Assembly: GCA_934141575.1 (NCBI GenBank)
Contig: CAKPCJ010000004.1
Coordinates: 1 to 62,140 of the forward strand
Source: an uncultured Bacilli bacterium
GTDB lineage: Bacteria; Bacillota_I; Bacilli_A; RF39; UBA660
Direction: 5' to 3'
DNA: 62,140 bases
Part shown: positions 1 to 9,116 of the stretch, piece by piece
How the letters are laid out: each line of letters begins with the position of its first letter
Numbering within the stretch: the stretch's first letter is position 1
Program-made: the position numbers and the translations under genes
Notes under the pieces: generated by a model
Database searches by the model: none
What the model was told of the DNA's origin: nothing
The model's input: the letters and a program-made list of their open reading frames with translations, nothing else

Positions 1-318
1 TATTCAGTATCACAAAGTAAATTATATGGAGAGGATACATATACAAGTTTAGATGTAATAATGCAAAGATCAGAAGAGATAAAAGATTCTAAGAAGGAGA
101 CATATGTAACAGCAGTAGAAGTAGATTTAGGATTACATGATGATTGTTATATTACTACAGAAGAACCAGATAAACCAGAGGATGAAAAAAATCCACCAAC
201 AGGGATGGAATTACCAGTAGTTCCGGTAGCGTTATCAGCATCAGCAATACTAGCTACACTTGTATCAAAGAAAAAGAAAGAAAAAGAAGAAGAAAAAGTA
301 TATAAGAAAACAAGATAA
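1..318 (+). CDS. C-terminal end of a sortase-anchored surface protein (5' end lies outside the window)
   Basis: Frame 1 is open from base 1 (YSVSQSKLYGEDTYTSLDVI precedes the ATG at 61). The C-terminus has NPPTG, then the hydrophobic stretch MELPVVPVALSASAILATLV and a K/E-rich tail, which is cell-wall sorting-signal architecture. Confidence 0.55.
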   Translation, partial: YSVSQSKLYGEDTYTSLDVIMQRSEEIKDSKKETYVTAVEVDLGLHDDCYITTEEPDKPEDEKNPPTGMELPVVPVALSASAILATLVSKKKKEKEEEKVYKKTR

Positions 319-325
319 TATAAAG

Positions 326-352
326 GCCCTATATGTAAATATAGAGCTTTTT
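326..352 (+). terminator. Rho-independent terminator after the surface-protein gene
   Basis: GCCCTATAT-gtaa-ATATAGAGC hairpin (one mismatch) followed by TTTTT. Confidence 0.55.
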
Positions 353-400
353 ATTTTACTTTATACTAAAATATATGTTAATATATTGTTAGGTGATAAA

Positions 401-1234
401 ATGTTAGTAAATATGATTGATTTATTGAATCACGCCAAAGAATCAAAAACAGCAGTCTTACAATTAAATATAAACAATCTAGAGTGGACTAAATATATAT
501 TAGAAACTTGCCAAGAATTACAAAGTCCAATAATACTTGGAGTGAGTGAAAGTGCCATAAAACATATTGGAGGATACACTACAGTAGTTAATTTAGTAGT
601 AGGGTTAATGATAGATTTAAAAGTATCCGTTCCTGTTGTACTACATTTAGACCATGGTTCAAGTTTTGATTCATGTAGAGAGGCAATAGACGCAGGATTT
701 ACATCCGTAATGATAGATCAATCAAAAAAAAGCTTGCAAGAAAATATTCTAGTAACAAGTGAAGTGGTGAAATATGCATACAAATATAAAGTAAGTGTTG
801 AAGGAGAATTAGGCATTATAAATACCAAAACTACAAATACTACTTCATCAAATGTAGAAGATTGTGTAAAATATGCATCATCAACAGGCATAGATGCGTT
901 AGCCCCTGCTGTTGGAAATGCACATGGTATATACAACATAAAACCTAAGTTAGATTTTAGAAGAATAAAAGAAATAAGTGACGAAACAGGTTTACCATTA
1001 GTTTTACATGGAGGTACTGGAATATCAGAAGAGGATATAAAAAAATGCATAGAATGTGGTATAACAAAAATTAATATAAACACAGAACTACAACTGGAGT
1101 GGGCAAAAGGATTAAGAGAATATTTAAAAGTAAATAAAGAAGTGTACGACCCTAGAAAAATAATTTCTTCTGGTGAACAAAATATGAAAACAAAGATAGC
1201 AAAAATAATTGCTTTACTTAACAAAAATAGATAA
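401..1234 (+). CDS. fba: Class II fructose-/tagatose-bisphosphate aldolase
   Basis: The internal ATG at 401 (MLVNMIDLLNHAKES) removes a poly-Lys extension that overlaps the upstream gene. Motifs VVLHLDHGSS and LVLHGGTGISEEDI are present, and fba sits next to murA as in Bacillus. Confidence 0.85.
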   Translation: MLVNMIDLLNHAKESKTAVLQLNINNLEWTKYILETCQELQSPIILGVSESAIKHIGGYTTVVNLVVGLMIDLKVSVPVVLHLDHGSSFDSCREAIDAGFTSVMIDQSKKSLQENILVTSEVVKYAYKYKVSVEGELGIINTKTTNTTSSNVEDCVKYASSTGIDALAPAVGNAHGIYNIKPKLDFRRIKEISDETGLPLVLHGGTGISEEDIKKCIECGITKININTELQLEWAKGLREYLKVNKEVYDPRKIISSGEQNMKTKIAKIIALLNKNR

Positions 1235-1271
1235 AAGCATATAATAAGGTGTATAGAGTATTGGAGGAGTT

Positions 1272-2552
1272 ATGAACAAAATTGTTATAAATGGAGGCTA
1301 TGAGCTTGAGGGAACAGTTGAAATAGGTGGAGATAAAAACAGTGTAGTTGCATTAATACCAGCAGCAATCCTTTCTGATGAAAAAGTCACAATAGCAAAC
1401 GTGCCAGAAATATCGGATATAAATGCATTAGAAGAAATATTAATATATTTAAATGCAGATGTTAAAAGACAAGGAGACCTTATAGAAATAGACTCAAAAA
1501 ATATAATAAATAGAGAAATACCAGAGGCTATAGCTACAAAATTTAGGGCATCATACTACTTTATGGGATCACTATTAAGTAAATATAAAAAGGTAGAAAT
1601 ATACTTTCCTGGTGGTTGCAATATAGGATCTAGGCCAATAGATCAACACATAAAGGGTTTTAAAGCACTAGGAGCAACTGTAATTGAAGAAGGAAACAAA
1701 TACACAATATATGCAGATAAACTAAAGGGAACAAAAATAGCAATAGATATGCCAGACAAAGGAGCAACAACTAGTGTAGGAGCAACTATGAATATAATGC
1801 TCGCAGCAGTAAAGGCGGAAGGCACAACAATTATAGAAAATGCAGCAAAAGAACCACAGATAGTAAATGTGGCCACATTCTTGAACAACATGGGAGCGCG
1901 TATAACTGGAGCCGGAACTTCAACAATAAAGATAAAAGGAGTAAAAAAATTAGGTAAAGCGTTTAACGAAGTAATCCCAGACAGAATAGAAGCAGGGACA
2001 TATATGATATTGGCCAGTTTAATCGGAAAAAGAATTAAAATTAATAATATTATTCCAGAACACAATGAAGCTCTTATTAATAAATTAAGGGAAATGGGGG
2101 TAAACATACAATTGGGTAAAGATTACGCAATTGTAGAAAAGGCAAAAATGTTGAAACCAACAAATATAAAAACACTAGTATATCCGGGATTTGTAACGGA
2201 TTTACAACAAATAATAACAGCTATGTTAACACAGGCGGAAGGCACTTCAATAGTAGAAGAGACAATATATGAAAATAGATTTCAGAATGTAGAATATTTA
2301 AATAAAATGGGAGCTAATATAATCATAGAAGATTCAAAACCTTATTGCGGAAAATTATATGTTAAAGGCAAAACTCCTTTAAAGGGATGCGAGGTAAAAG
2401 CAACAGATCTTAGAGGCGGTGCATCGGTATTAGTAGCTGGACTCATTGCAGAAGGAACAACAACAATAACAAATATAGAGCATATTTTAAGGGGCTATGA
2501 TAAAATAATACAAAAATTGACAAATATAGGTGCTAAAATAACAATCGAATAA
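1272..2552 (+). CDS. murA: UDP-N-acetylglucosamine 1-carboxyvinyltransferase
   Basis: 426 aa. Motifs include GDKNSVVALIPAAIL, the catalytic-Cys loop FPGGCNIGSRPIDQH and LRGGASVLVAGLIAEG. A GGAGG ribosome-binding site lies upstream. Confidence 0.95.
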   Translation: MNKIVINGGYELEGTVEIGGDKNSVVALIPAAILSDEKVTIANVPEISDINALEEILIYLNADVKRQGDLIEIDSKNIINREIPEAIATKFRASYYFMGSLLSKYKKVEIYFPGGCNIGSRPIDQHIKGFKALGATVIEEGNKYTIYADKLKGTKIAIDMPDKGATTSVGATMNIMLAAVKAEGTTIIENAAKEPQIVNVATFLNNMGARITGAGTSTIKIKGVKKLGKAFNEVIPDRIEAGTYMILASLIGKRIKINNIIPEHNEALINKLREMGVNIQLGKDYAIVEKAKMLKPTNIKTLVYPGFVTDLQQIITAMLTQAEGTSIVEETIYENRFQNVEYLNKMGANIIIEDSKPYCGKLYVKGKTPLKGCEVKATDLRGGASVLVAGLIAEGTTTITNIEHILRGYDKIIQKLTNIGAKITIE

Positions 2553-2600
2553 ATATAATAAAGCAAAGAATATTCTTTGTTTTATTTTGAGGTGATTGTT

Positions 2601-3356
2601 ATGAAATACAAAAAAACTATATTTTTAGTAATTATATTAATAGGTGTTTTCTTGATTTACAAACTAAATACAAATACAAAAGTATATTATCTATCATTGG
2701 GGGATTCTCTAGCAATTGGTCAGAACCCATATGGTGAAATAGGGTATGGATATAGTGATTATGTAAATAAATACCTAAAAAAGAACAATAAACTAAAATT
2801 TTATAGTAAAGACTTTGCGTCATCAGGAGATAGAATAGTAGACTTAATAGCAAAAATTGAAAAAAATGAAAAAACTAAATTACAAGATGAAGAAATAACA
2901 ATTCAAAATGCTATTTCAAAAGCAAATGTAATAACATTATCAATAGGTGCAAATGATTTGTTTGAAAAAGCCGGATTAAATGATATGAATTATAATTTAG
3001 ATAAAGTAGAAGAAACAGAAAAATATCTTCCAGAAATAATTTCCAATTTGGATAAATTATTAAAATTAATTAGGAAATATAATGATGACAAAATAATATT
3101 AATTGGATATTATAATCCATTAGCGCCACTTTCATCAAAATATACAAGAGAATTAGAACCATTGTTTATGAAAGTAAACGAAAACTACAAAGCAGTCGCA
3201 GAATCAAATGGTTGTGACTACATAGACGTATATGAGATATTTAAAGAAAATCCAGAATATTTACCAAATCCATCAGATATCCATCCAAGCAATACAGGAT
3301 ATGAAGTAATATCTGATCAAATAATAGATATATTACAAAAAAATAACATAAATTAG
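2601..3356 (+). CDS. Membrane-anchored SGNH/GDSL hydrolase
   Basis: N-terminal TM helix, GDSL block YYLSLGDSLAIG, SIGANDL, and C-terminal DIHPSNTGYEVI (DxxH). Start moved to the ATG at 2601 (MKYKKTIF). Confidence 0.8.
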   Translation: MKYKKTIFLVIILIGVFLIYKLNTNTKVYYLSLGDSLAIGQNPYGEIGYGYSDYVNKYLKKNNKLKFYSKDFASSGDRIVDLIAKIEKNEKTKLQDEEITIQNAISKANVITLSIGANDLFEKAGLNDMNYNLDKVEETEKYLPEIISNLDKLLKLIRKYNDDKIILIGYYNPLAPLSSKYTRELEPLFMKVNENYKAVAESNGCDYIDVYEIFKENPEYLPNPSDIHPSNTGYEVISDQIIDILQKNNIN

Positions 3357-3443
3357 TTGCCAACTAAAAAAAAAGTTGTTATAATATAAAAGCAAATCAA
3401 ATTACTATAGTTACATTAACTATGGCGGAAGGAGATACAGTGT

Positions 3444-3647
3444 ATGGCAAAAGAAACAAATGTTAAATATGTTGATACAAAATTTATTTGTGCTTGTGGT
3501 AACGAATTTACTTCAAAATCTACAAAACCAGAAATAAGAGTTGAAGTATGTTCAAAATGTCATCCTTTTTATACTGGTAAACATAATCAAACAACAAGAA
3601 AAGGAAAAATCGAAGCATTTAACAATAAATTTGGACTTAATAAATAA
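3444..3647 (+). CDS. rpmE: 50S ribosomal protein L31 (Zn-ribbon type A)
   Basis: 67 aa with CACGNEF...CSKCHPFYTGK. Confidence 0.95.
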   Translation: MAKETNVKYVDTKFICACGNEFTSKSTKPEIRVEVCSKCHPFYTGKHNQTTRKGKIEAFNNKFGLNK

Positions 3648-3668
3648 CAAGGCAAAACCTTGTTTTTT
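3646..3668 (+). terminator. Rho-independent terminator of rpmE
   Basis: AACAAGG-caaaa-CCTTGTT followed by a T-run. Confidence 0.8.
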
Positions 3669-3708
3669 ATTTTATTAAAAATGGTATAATAGTATAAGAG
3701 GTGTATAT

Positions 3709-4158
3709 ATGAAAATAGGAATTTCAAATGACCATAGAGGTTACGAAACAAAACAAAAATTGACAAAATATTTGATTAGTAAGGGATACAATGTAATTGA
3801 CTACGGAACTTCATCCACTGAGAGAGTAGATTATCCAAAGTATGGAATATTATTAGGGGAACATATTGCAAAAAATGATGTTGATTGTGGAATAGCAATA
3901 TGTGGAAGTGCTGTTGGTATTTCAATCGCATGTAATAAAGTAAAAGGAATTCGATGTGGAAAAGTTAACACAGTAGAAGAAGCAATTCATGCCAAAGAAT
4001 GTGATTTTGTCAATGTAATAGCGTTGTCAGGAAATATTCCAATAGATGAAAATATAAAAATAGTAGATGCGTATCTAAATTCAAGAGAGAACACGCAAGA
4101 TGAGAGATATTATAAAAGAGTGCAACAAATAGAGGAATATGAAAATAATGAACGCTAA
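3709..4158 (+). CDS. rpiB: Ribose-5-phosphate isomerase B (RpiB/LacA family)
   Basis: MKIGISNDHRGYETK and GIAICGSAVGISIACNKVKGIRC are present. It is preceded by an extended -10 element, TGgTATAAT. Confidence 0.9.
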   Translation: MKIGISNDHRGYETKQKLTKYLISKGYNVIDYGTSSTERVDYPKYGILLGEHIAKNDVDCGIAICGSAVGISIACNKVKGIRCGKVNTVEEAIHAKECDFVNVIALSGNIPIDENIKIVDAYLNSRENTQDERYYKRVQQIEEYENNER

Positions 4159-4333
4159 GTTACTTCTTTATGTATTTATAATTCCGTTAGTAATGTGGGC
4201 AATAAATGGTTTAAATATAAATCATTTATTCAAAAAAAACCATGTAATGGAAGCAAGAGTTATCTATGTTATACTTGGATTCATAATATCCTATTTATTA
4301 GTAAATTTTATATGTGATTTTACAAACATTTAA
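4139..4333 (+). CDS. Small two-TM membrane protein, DUF1146/YwzB-like
   Basis: 64 aa with two hydrophobic helices. Its position next to murA/spoIID matches Bacillus ywzB. Overlaps the rpiB stop. Confidence 0.55.
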   Translation: MKIMNAKLLLYVFIIPLVMWAINGLNINHLFKKNHVMEARVIYVILGFIISYLLVNFICDFTNI

Positions 4334-4345
4334 AAGAGGGATAAA

Positions 4346-5278
4346 ATGAAAAAAACACTTTTTTTGCTAATATTATTAATTTTGTTGCCAAGTATAATTA
4401 TTTTAAATTTTGATAAAAAACTAAAAGATGAACCTGAAATTGAAATAGATTACAAGATAATAAGCAAAAGAAATGTTAGAATACTAAGAAATAAAACGGG
4501 AATAATAGACTACGTACCATTAGAAGAATATGTTCTGGGCGTGCTTGCAGGAGAAATGCCAATATCATTTGAACTAGAAGCTTTAAAAGCACAAGCAGTA
4601 GCGGCAAGAAGTTATGTTTTAAAAAGAATGGAATATAATCAAGAAAAAGACTATGACGTTATTGATACAGTACAAAATCAAGTTTACTTAGATACAGAGT
4701 ATTTAAAAAGTGCTTGGAAAGATAATTATGTTAAAAATATTAATAAATTAAGGCAAGCGATAAAAGAGACAGAAGGAGAATATGTAATGTACGATGGCAA
4801 AATAGCAGATACGTTATTTTTCTCAACAAGTAATGGAAAAACAGAAAATAGTCAAGATGTATTTTCTAGTCAAATACCATATTTAGTGAGCGTAGAATCA
4901 CCTTGGGACGAAAAAACATCTCCGGTTTTTAATGATACAAAAACATTTGCAAAAAATGACTTCTGTGAATTGCTAAATATCCAATGTCAGGATAAAATAG
5001 AAATAAATATAACAAAGCAAACACAAACAGGAAGAGTAACAGAGCTAACAATAAATAATAAGACATTTAAATCATCAACGTTATATACTACATTAAAAAT
5101 AAGATCAACTCATTTCTCTATAGAACAAAAAGATAACAATATAATTTTTCATACAAAAGGATATGGCCACGGAGTTGGTATGAGCCAATATGGAGCCCTT
5201 GGAATGGCAAGAGAGGGATATAATTATAAAGAAATTTTGATGCACTACTATACTGGAACAACTGTTGAAAAAATATAG
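4346..5278 (+). CDS. spoIID: Stage II sporulation protein D (SpoIID/LytB lytic transglycosylase)
   Basis: Signal-anchor sequence, then EALKAQAVAARSY, FFSTSNGKTEN and GHGVGMSQYGA. Confidence 0.9.
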   Translation: MKKTLFLLILLILLPSIIILNFDKKLKDEPEIEIDYKIISKRNVRILRNKTGIIDYVPLEEYVLGVLAGEMPISFELEALKAQAVAARSYVLKRMEYNQEKDYDVIDTVQNQVYLDTEYLKSAWKDNYVKNINKLRQAIKETEGEYVMYDGKIADTLFFSTSNGKTENSQDVFSSQIPYLVSVESPWDEKTSPVFNDTKTFAKNDFCELLNIQCQDKIEINITKQTQTGRVTELTINNKTFKSSTLYTTLKIRSTHFSIEQKDNNIIFHTKGYGHGVGMSQYGALGMAREGYNYKEILMHYYTGTTVEKI

Positions 5279-5315
5279 TATAAAATTTTATTAACTGCTC
5301 AGTATATAGATAGAG

Positions 5316-5972
5316 GTGAGAAAGTTGATAAAAGAAGATTTAAAAGACAATATAAAAGAGTTAATAGGTCCAATAGTATTTATATGTGGAGTAACAGCAA
5401 TAATAATTTTATTGCTAACAGTCCAAAAAAGCTTAAATAGAGTAACAAAAAATAAGGAGGATTTTACATATGTATCTAAAATAATATTACCTGATACAAT
5501 ACCAGTAGTTTCAACTTCAGAGGAATTAATAGGATTACCATATTCAAATGAAAGTGTAAAACAAGTTAGAAATTTTTATGATTATACAAAAGATAGTGAA
5601 GATCAAAAGAATTCATTAATTTTTTATGATAATACCTACATTCAAAATTCTGGATTAGATTATTCTGGAAATGAACCATTTGATGCAGTAAGTATATTAG
5701 ATGGTACAGTAACTAGCGTAAAGGAAGACCAAATGTTAGGTAATATAGTAGAAGTCAAACATTCGAATGAACTTATAAGTGTTTATCAAAGTTTATCAGA
5801 AGTAAAAGTAAAAAAGGATCAAAAAATTACAAAGGGTGAAGTTATAGGAACCAGCGGAACCAATAACATTTCTTCATCATTAGATAATCATTTACATTTC
5901 GAATTGTATTATAAAGGACAAGTGGTAAATCCAAATGATTATTACAACAAAGCACTTAAAGATTTAAAATAA
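5316..5972 (+). CDS. spoIIQ: SpoIIQ-like degenerate M23/LytM-domain membrane protein
   Basis: N-terminal TM helix plus an M23 domain. The HxGxD motif reads NSGLD and the YxHL motif reads YQSL, while HLHFE is kept. It sits between spoIID and spoIIID as in clostridial spoIIQ. Start is GTG at 5316 (TTG at 5325 is possible). Confidence 0.7.
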   Translation: MRKLIKEDLKDNIKELIGPIVFICGVTAIIILLLTVQKSLNRVTKNKEDFTYVSKIILPDTIPVVSTSEELIGLPYSNESVKQVRNFYDYTKDSEDQKNSLIFYDNTYIQNSGLDYSGNEPFDAVSILDGTVTSVKEDQMLGNIVEVKHSNELISVYQSLSEVKVKKDQKITKGEVIGTSGTNNISSSLDNHLHFELYYKGQVVNPNDYYNKALKDLK

Positions 5973-6043
5973 TAGGCTGTAATGCCTTTTTTTATGTATA
6001 AATAGATATCCAAATTTATATAATTCAGTAAAGGGGGATATCT

Positions 6044-6298
6044 ATGAAAGAAGACATAGAAAAGAGAGTAAGAAGTGTTTCAGAGTATATGATTGAAACT
6101 AAAAAAACAGTACGTGAAATAGCAACAGATTACAATATGAGTAAGAGTACAATACATAAAGATTTAACAGATAGATTATTAGAAATAGACAAGGAAAAAT
6201 ATAAATTAGTAAGTGAAATATTAAAATATCATGCACAAATAAGGCATATTAGAGGTGGAGAATCAACGAAAAAAAAATATAAAAAAATGTGTGAATAA
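6044..6298 (+). CDS. spoIIID: Stage III sporulation protein D (mother-cell HTH regulator)
   Basis: 84 aa with VREIATDYNMSKSTIHKDL (HTH) and RHIRGGESTKKKY. Confidence 0.9.
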   Translation: MKEDIEKRVRSVSEYMIETKKTVREIATDYNMSKSTIHKDLTDRLLEIDKEKYKLVSEILKYHAQIRHIRGGESTKKKYKKMCE

Positions 6299-6345
6299 AC
6301 AATATATATGATAGAATTGTATTAAGGTAACAGGAGGAAACAAAT

Positions 6346-7338
6346 ATGTTTTTAAACAAGGATATAGGAATAGACTTAGGAACAGCAAATGTATTAATTT
6401 ATGTAAAAGGTCAAGGGGTAATTTTAAATGAACCAAGTGTAGTGGCAATAGATGAAGAAACAAAACGTCCTCTAGCAGTAGGAATAGAAGCACATAACAT
6501 GTTGGGTAGAACTCCAGGAAGAGTAAGAGCCATAAAACCAATGAAGGATGGAGTAATTGCGGATTTTGAAATAACAGAAATAATGTTAAACCATTTTATA
6601 AAAAAAATTAATGGAAAAAATTTAATATCACGTCCAAGAATACTAATATGTTGCCCATCAAATATCACACAAGTAGAAAAGAATGCAATAAAAGAAGCTG
6701 CTGAAAGAACTGGTGCTAAAAAGGTATTTATAGAAGAAGAACCAAAAGTTGCTGCAATAGGAGCAGGGTTAGATATTTCAAAACCAACAGGAAATATGGT
6801 AATAGATATAGGTGGAGGTACAACTGATATAGCTGTTTTATCATTGGGAGGAATAGTAACAAGTTCATCAATAAAAATAGCTGGAAATACTTTTGATAAC
6901 GATATACTAAAATATATAAAAGAGAAGTATAAACTTTTGATTGGAGATATAACAGCAGAAGAAATCAAGAAAACTATAGGAACAGTATATTCGAAAAATA
7001 AGAAAGAAAAAATGGATGTAAGAGGAAGAGATTTAGTAACAGGGTTACCTCATACAATAACAATAAGTTCAGAAGAAATAGAAGAAGCATTGAAAGAAAG
7101 CGTATATACAATAGTTAAAGCAGCAAAAAATGTTCTAGAACAAACACCTCCAGAGCTATCAGCTGATATAGTTGAGAAAGGAATAGTAGTAACCGGAGGT
7201 GGAGCATTATTAGACGGAATGATAGATTTACTCTCAAATGAATTAAAGGTTCCAGTATATATAGCAGAAACTCCACTAACTTGTGTAGCAGAAGGAACAG
7301 GTATTTTATTAAACAATATACATTTGATAGAAAAATAA
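6346..7338 (+). CDS. mreB: Rod-shape-determining actin homolog MreB/Mbl
   Basis: IGIDLGTANVLIY, MVIDIGGGTTDIAV and GIVVTGGGALL are present. The spoIIID-mbl adjacency is conserved. Confidence 0.9.
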   Translation: MFLNKDIGIDLGTANVLIYVKGQGVILNEPSVVAIDEETKRPLAVGIEAHNMLGRTPGRVRAIKPMKDGVIADFEITEIMLNHFIKKINGKNLISRPRILICCPSNITQVEKNAIKEAAERTGAKKVFIEEEPKVAAIGAGLDISKPTGNMVIDIGGGTTDIAVLSLGGIVTSSSIKIAGNTFDNDILKYIKEKYKLLIGDITAEEIKKTIGTVYSKNKKEKMDVRGRDLVTGLPHTITISSEEIEEALKESVYTIVKAAKNVLEQTPPELSADIVEKGIVVTGGGALLDGMIDLLSNELKVPVYIAETPLTCVAEGTGILLNNIHLIEK

Positions 7339-7544
7339 TAGGAAACTATTATTTTTTTTAAATTTTAAATACAAAAAGATACAAAATTTGACAAAAGTAA
7401 GCAATAAAGTTAATATAAAGTAAACAATATAATGCTGGAGTACATAAAACCTTAAAAAAACAAAATATATAATAAAATTATAAAAACAATAGAGTGATCA
7501 AAATCATAATTTGATATTTTTTAAAATAATCTATGGAGGAAATA

Positions 7545-8369
7545 ATGGTAAAATATATCAAGACTAATAAAGAAATTCTAGTGTCAATAATGATATTAAT
7601 AATATGTTTAATTATTAATATATTTTGTTTTTTTGACCAGTATAATCAATTGTTAGGTGAAGAAGCCAATTATGTAAGTGCATACTCATTTTGGAGATTT
7701 GTAACGACATATGGTATATGGGATTATGTTGTGGTATTAATGCCAATTATAATAGGCATTGGATGTGTATATAAAATGCACAAAGAAATAGTAAGTGGTG
7801 TATTTAAAGACATATCATTAAGATGCAAATATAACAAATATATACTAAAACAAATTATAAATTGCTATAAGAAAACATTTATATTAGTTTTAGTATATAA
7901 TTTAATAACCTTTTTAATTGGTATAATACTATTTAAAGCTAAGTTGAATACAACAGACCTAAATACACAAATATCAAGTTACTTTGATAATGGAATAAGT
8001 CATCCAAGCTTGTATTTTATACTTACAATAATAAGCAACTATATAGGAATGTTATTTATGTGTAATATGGCATTGATATTTTCAAGATTAATAAGGAAAT
8101 TTTATTTATCAACAATATCAACATTTATGTGTTTCAATTTTATATGTTTATGTGGAGAGATTTATGGTAGATATTTTTTATATGAATCTTTTCATTTAGA
8201 ATATTTTAAATGGTTAAGCCCATATAGGCTTCTGACACCACAAGCAAGTGATATCATGTCGTATAACATATTGTTTGGTATAATATTATTTTTTATAAGT
8301 TTAATAATATTATTGATGATGTATCTAGGAAAGAAAAATAAAGAAAGATTGGTATTAAGAAATGAATAA
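7545..8369 (+). CDS. ABC-2-like multi-pass membrane protein (permease paralog 1)
   Basis: Start set at ATG 7545, which follows GGAGG. It has six or more hydrophobic helices. The post-TM2 motif HKEIVSGVFKDISLRCKYNKYILKQII resembles ABC-2 permease loops. Confidence 0.55.
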   Translation: MVKYIKTNKEILVSIMILIICLIINIFCFFDQYNQLLGEEANYVSAYSFWRFVTTYGIWDYVVVLMPIIIGIGCVYKMHKEIVSGVFKDISLRCKYNKYILKQIINCYKKTFILVLVYNLITFLIGIILFKAKLNTTDLNTQISSYFDNGISHPSLYFILTIISNYIGMLFMCNMALIFSRLIRKFYLSTISTFMCFNFICLCGEIYGRYFLYESFHLEYFKWLSPYRLLTPQASDIMSYNILFGIILFFISLIILLMMYLGKKNKERLVLRNE

Positions 8370-8700
8370 TAACATAATAAAAACAACAATAATAGATCTT
8401 ATATCTTCAAAAACATACTTAATATTATTATTACTAATAATATGTGGATCATATGTATTTACATCATATAACCCAGTAACTTCAAACTATATAACAAATA
8501 TAAATTATACATTAACAATGCATCAAAACTATTATACATTTATAGTCTTCCCAGTAATAGTCTTTCTAACAGTGAATGTATATTATAGATTTTCTAAAAA
8601 TTCAATGATATTGCTAAGGGTAAAAAACAAAAAAGCATATTTAAAATTGCAATTAAAAGCTAATTTCTTTCTAATAACAGTTTTATTTATTCAAATTTGA
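8362..8700 (+). CDS. Membrane protein, probable N-terminal half of permease paralog 2
   Basis: Two TM helices plus LLRVKNKKAYLKLQLK. It ends at TGA 8698..8700, which overlaps the TTG at 8697 of the next frame. Confidence 0.4.
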   Translation: MNNNIIKTTIIDLISSKTYLILLLLIICGSYVFTSYNPVTSNYITNINYTLTMHQNYYTFIVFPVIVFLTVNVYYRFSKNSMILLRVKNKKAYLKLQLKANFFLITVLFIQI

Positions 8701-9116
8701 TAGCAATAATGATTTCAATAAATTTAAATAGAAGTGTAGATTTTAAAATAATAAATGATGAATATTATAATATTCCAAATATAGTAGTTTTATTAGTAAA
8801 TCTATTTAAAGTATACATGTGTTTTATAGTATTACAATTAATAGTTTTATTGAGTATTAATTTACTTAATAAACAATTGTCTTTGTTTACTGTGTTTATA
8901 TACATAGTACTAATCCGTTTATCGTCTAAATTGCAGTATACCCCAGTTATTGGATATTTGATGCCGGCATCAAATATATATTCATACATCATATACGATA
9001 ATATACTCCAAAGCTTTATAACAAGTTTTGCATATTACCTAGTAGAAATAAGAATATTAATTATAATACTGAAAAAAAATATTATAAAAAATAGTATTGA
9101 AAAGGAGATATTATAA
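8697..9116 (+). CDS. Membrane protein, probable C-terminal half of permease paralog 2
   Basis: The frame is open from 8664. It has four hydrophobic helices. Its only start is TTG, with no ribosome-binding site. Confidence 0.4.
   Translation: MIAIMISINLNRSVDFKIINDEYYNIPNIVVLLVNLFKVYMCFIVLQLIVLLSINLLNKQLSLFTVFIYIVLIRLSSKLQYTPVIGYLMPASNIYSYIIYDNILQSFITSFAYYLVEIRILIIILKKNIIKNSIEKEIL

Noticed and set aside
260-400. A poly-lysine N-terminal extension of the aldolase ORF (MYQRKRKKKKKKK...).
   Set aside because: It overlaps the 3' end and terminator of the upstream surface-protein gene. The aldolase homology starts at the ATG at 401.
5973-6043. A sigma-E-type promoter for spoIIID, and sigma-H/sigma-A elements for spo0A (33090..33140).
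   Set aside because: Candidate hexamers exist, but in DNA this AT-rich many equally good matches occur. I could not fix the spacing convincingly, so only the 0A boxes were reported.
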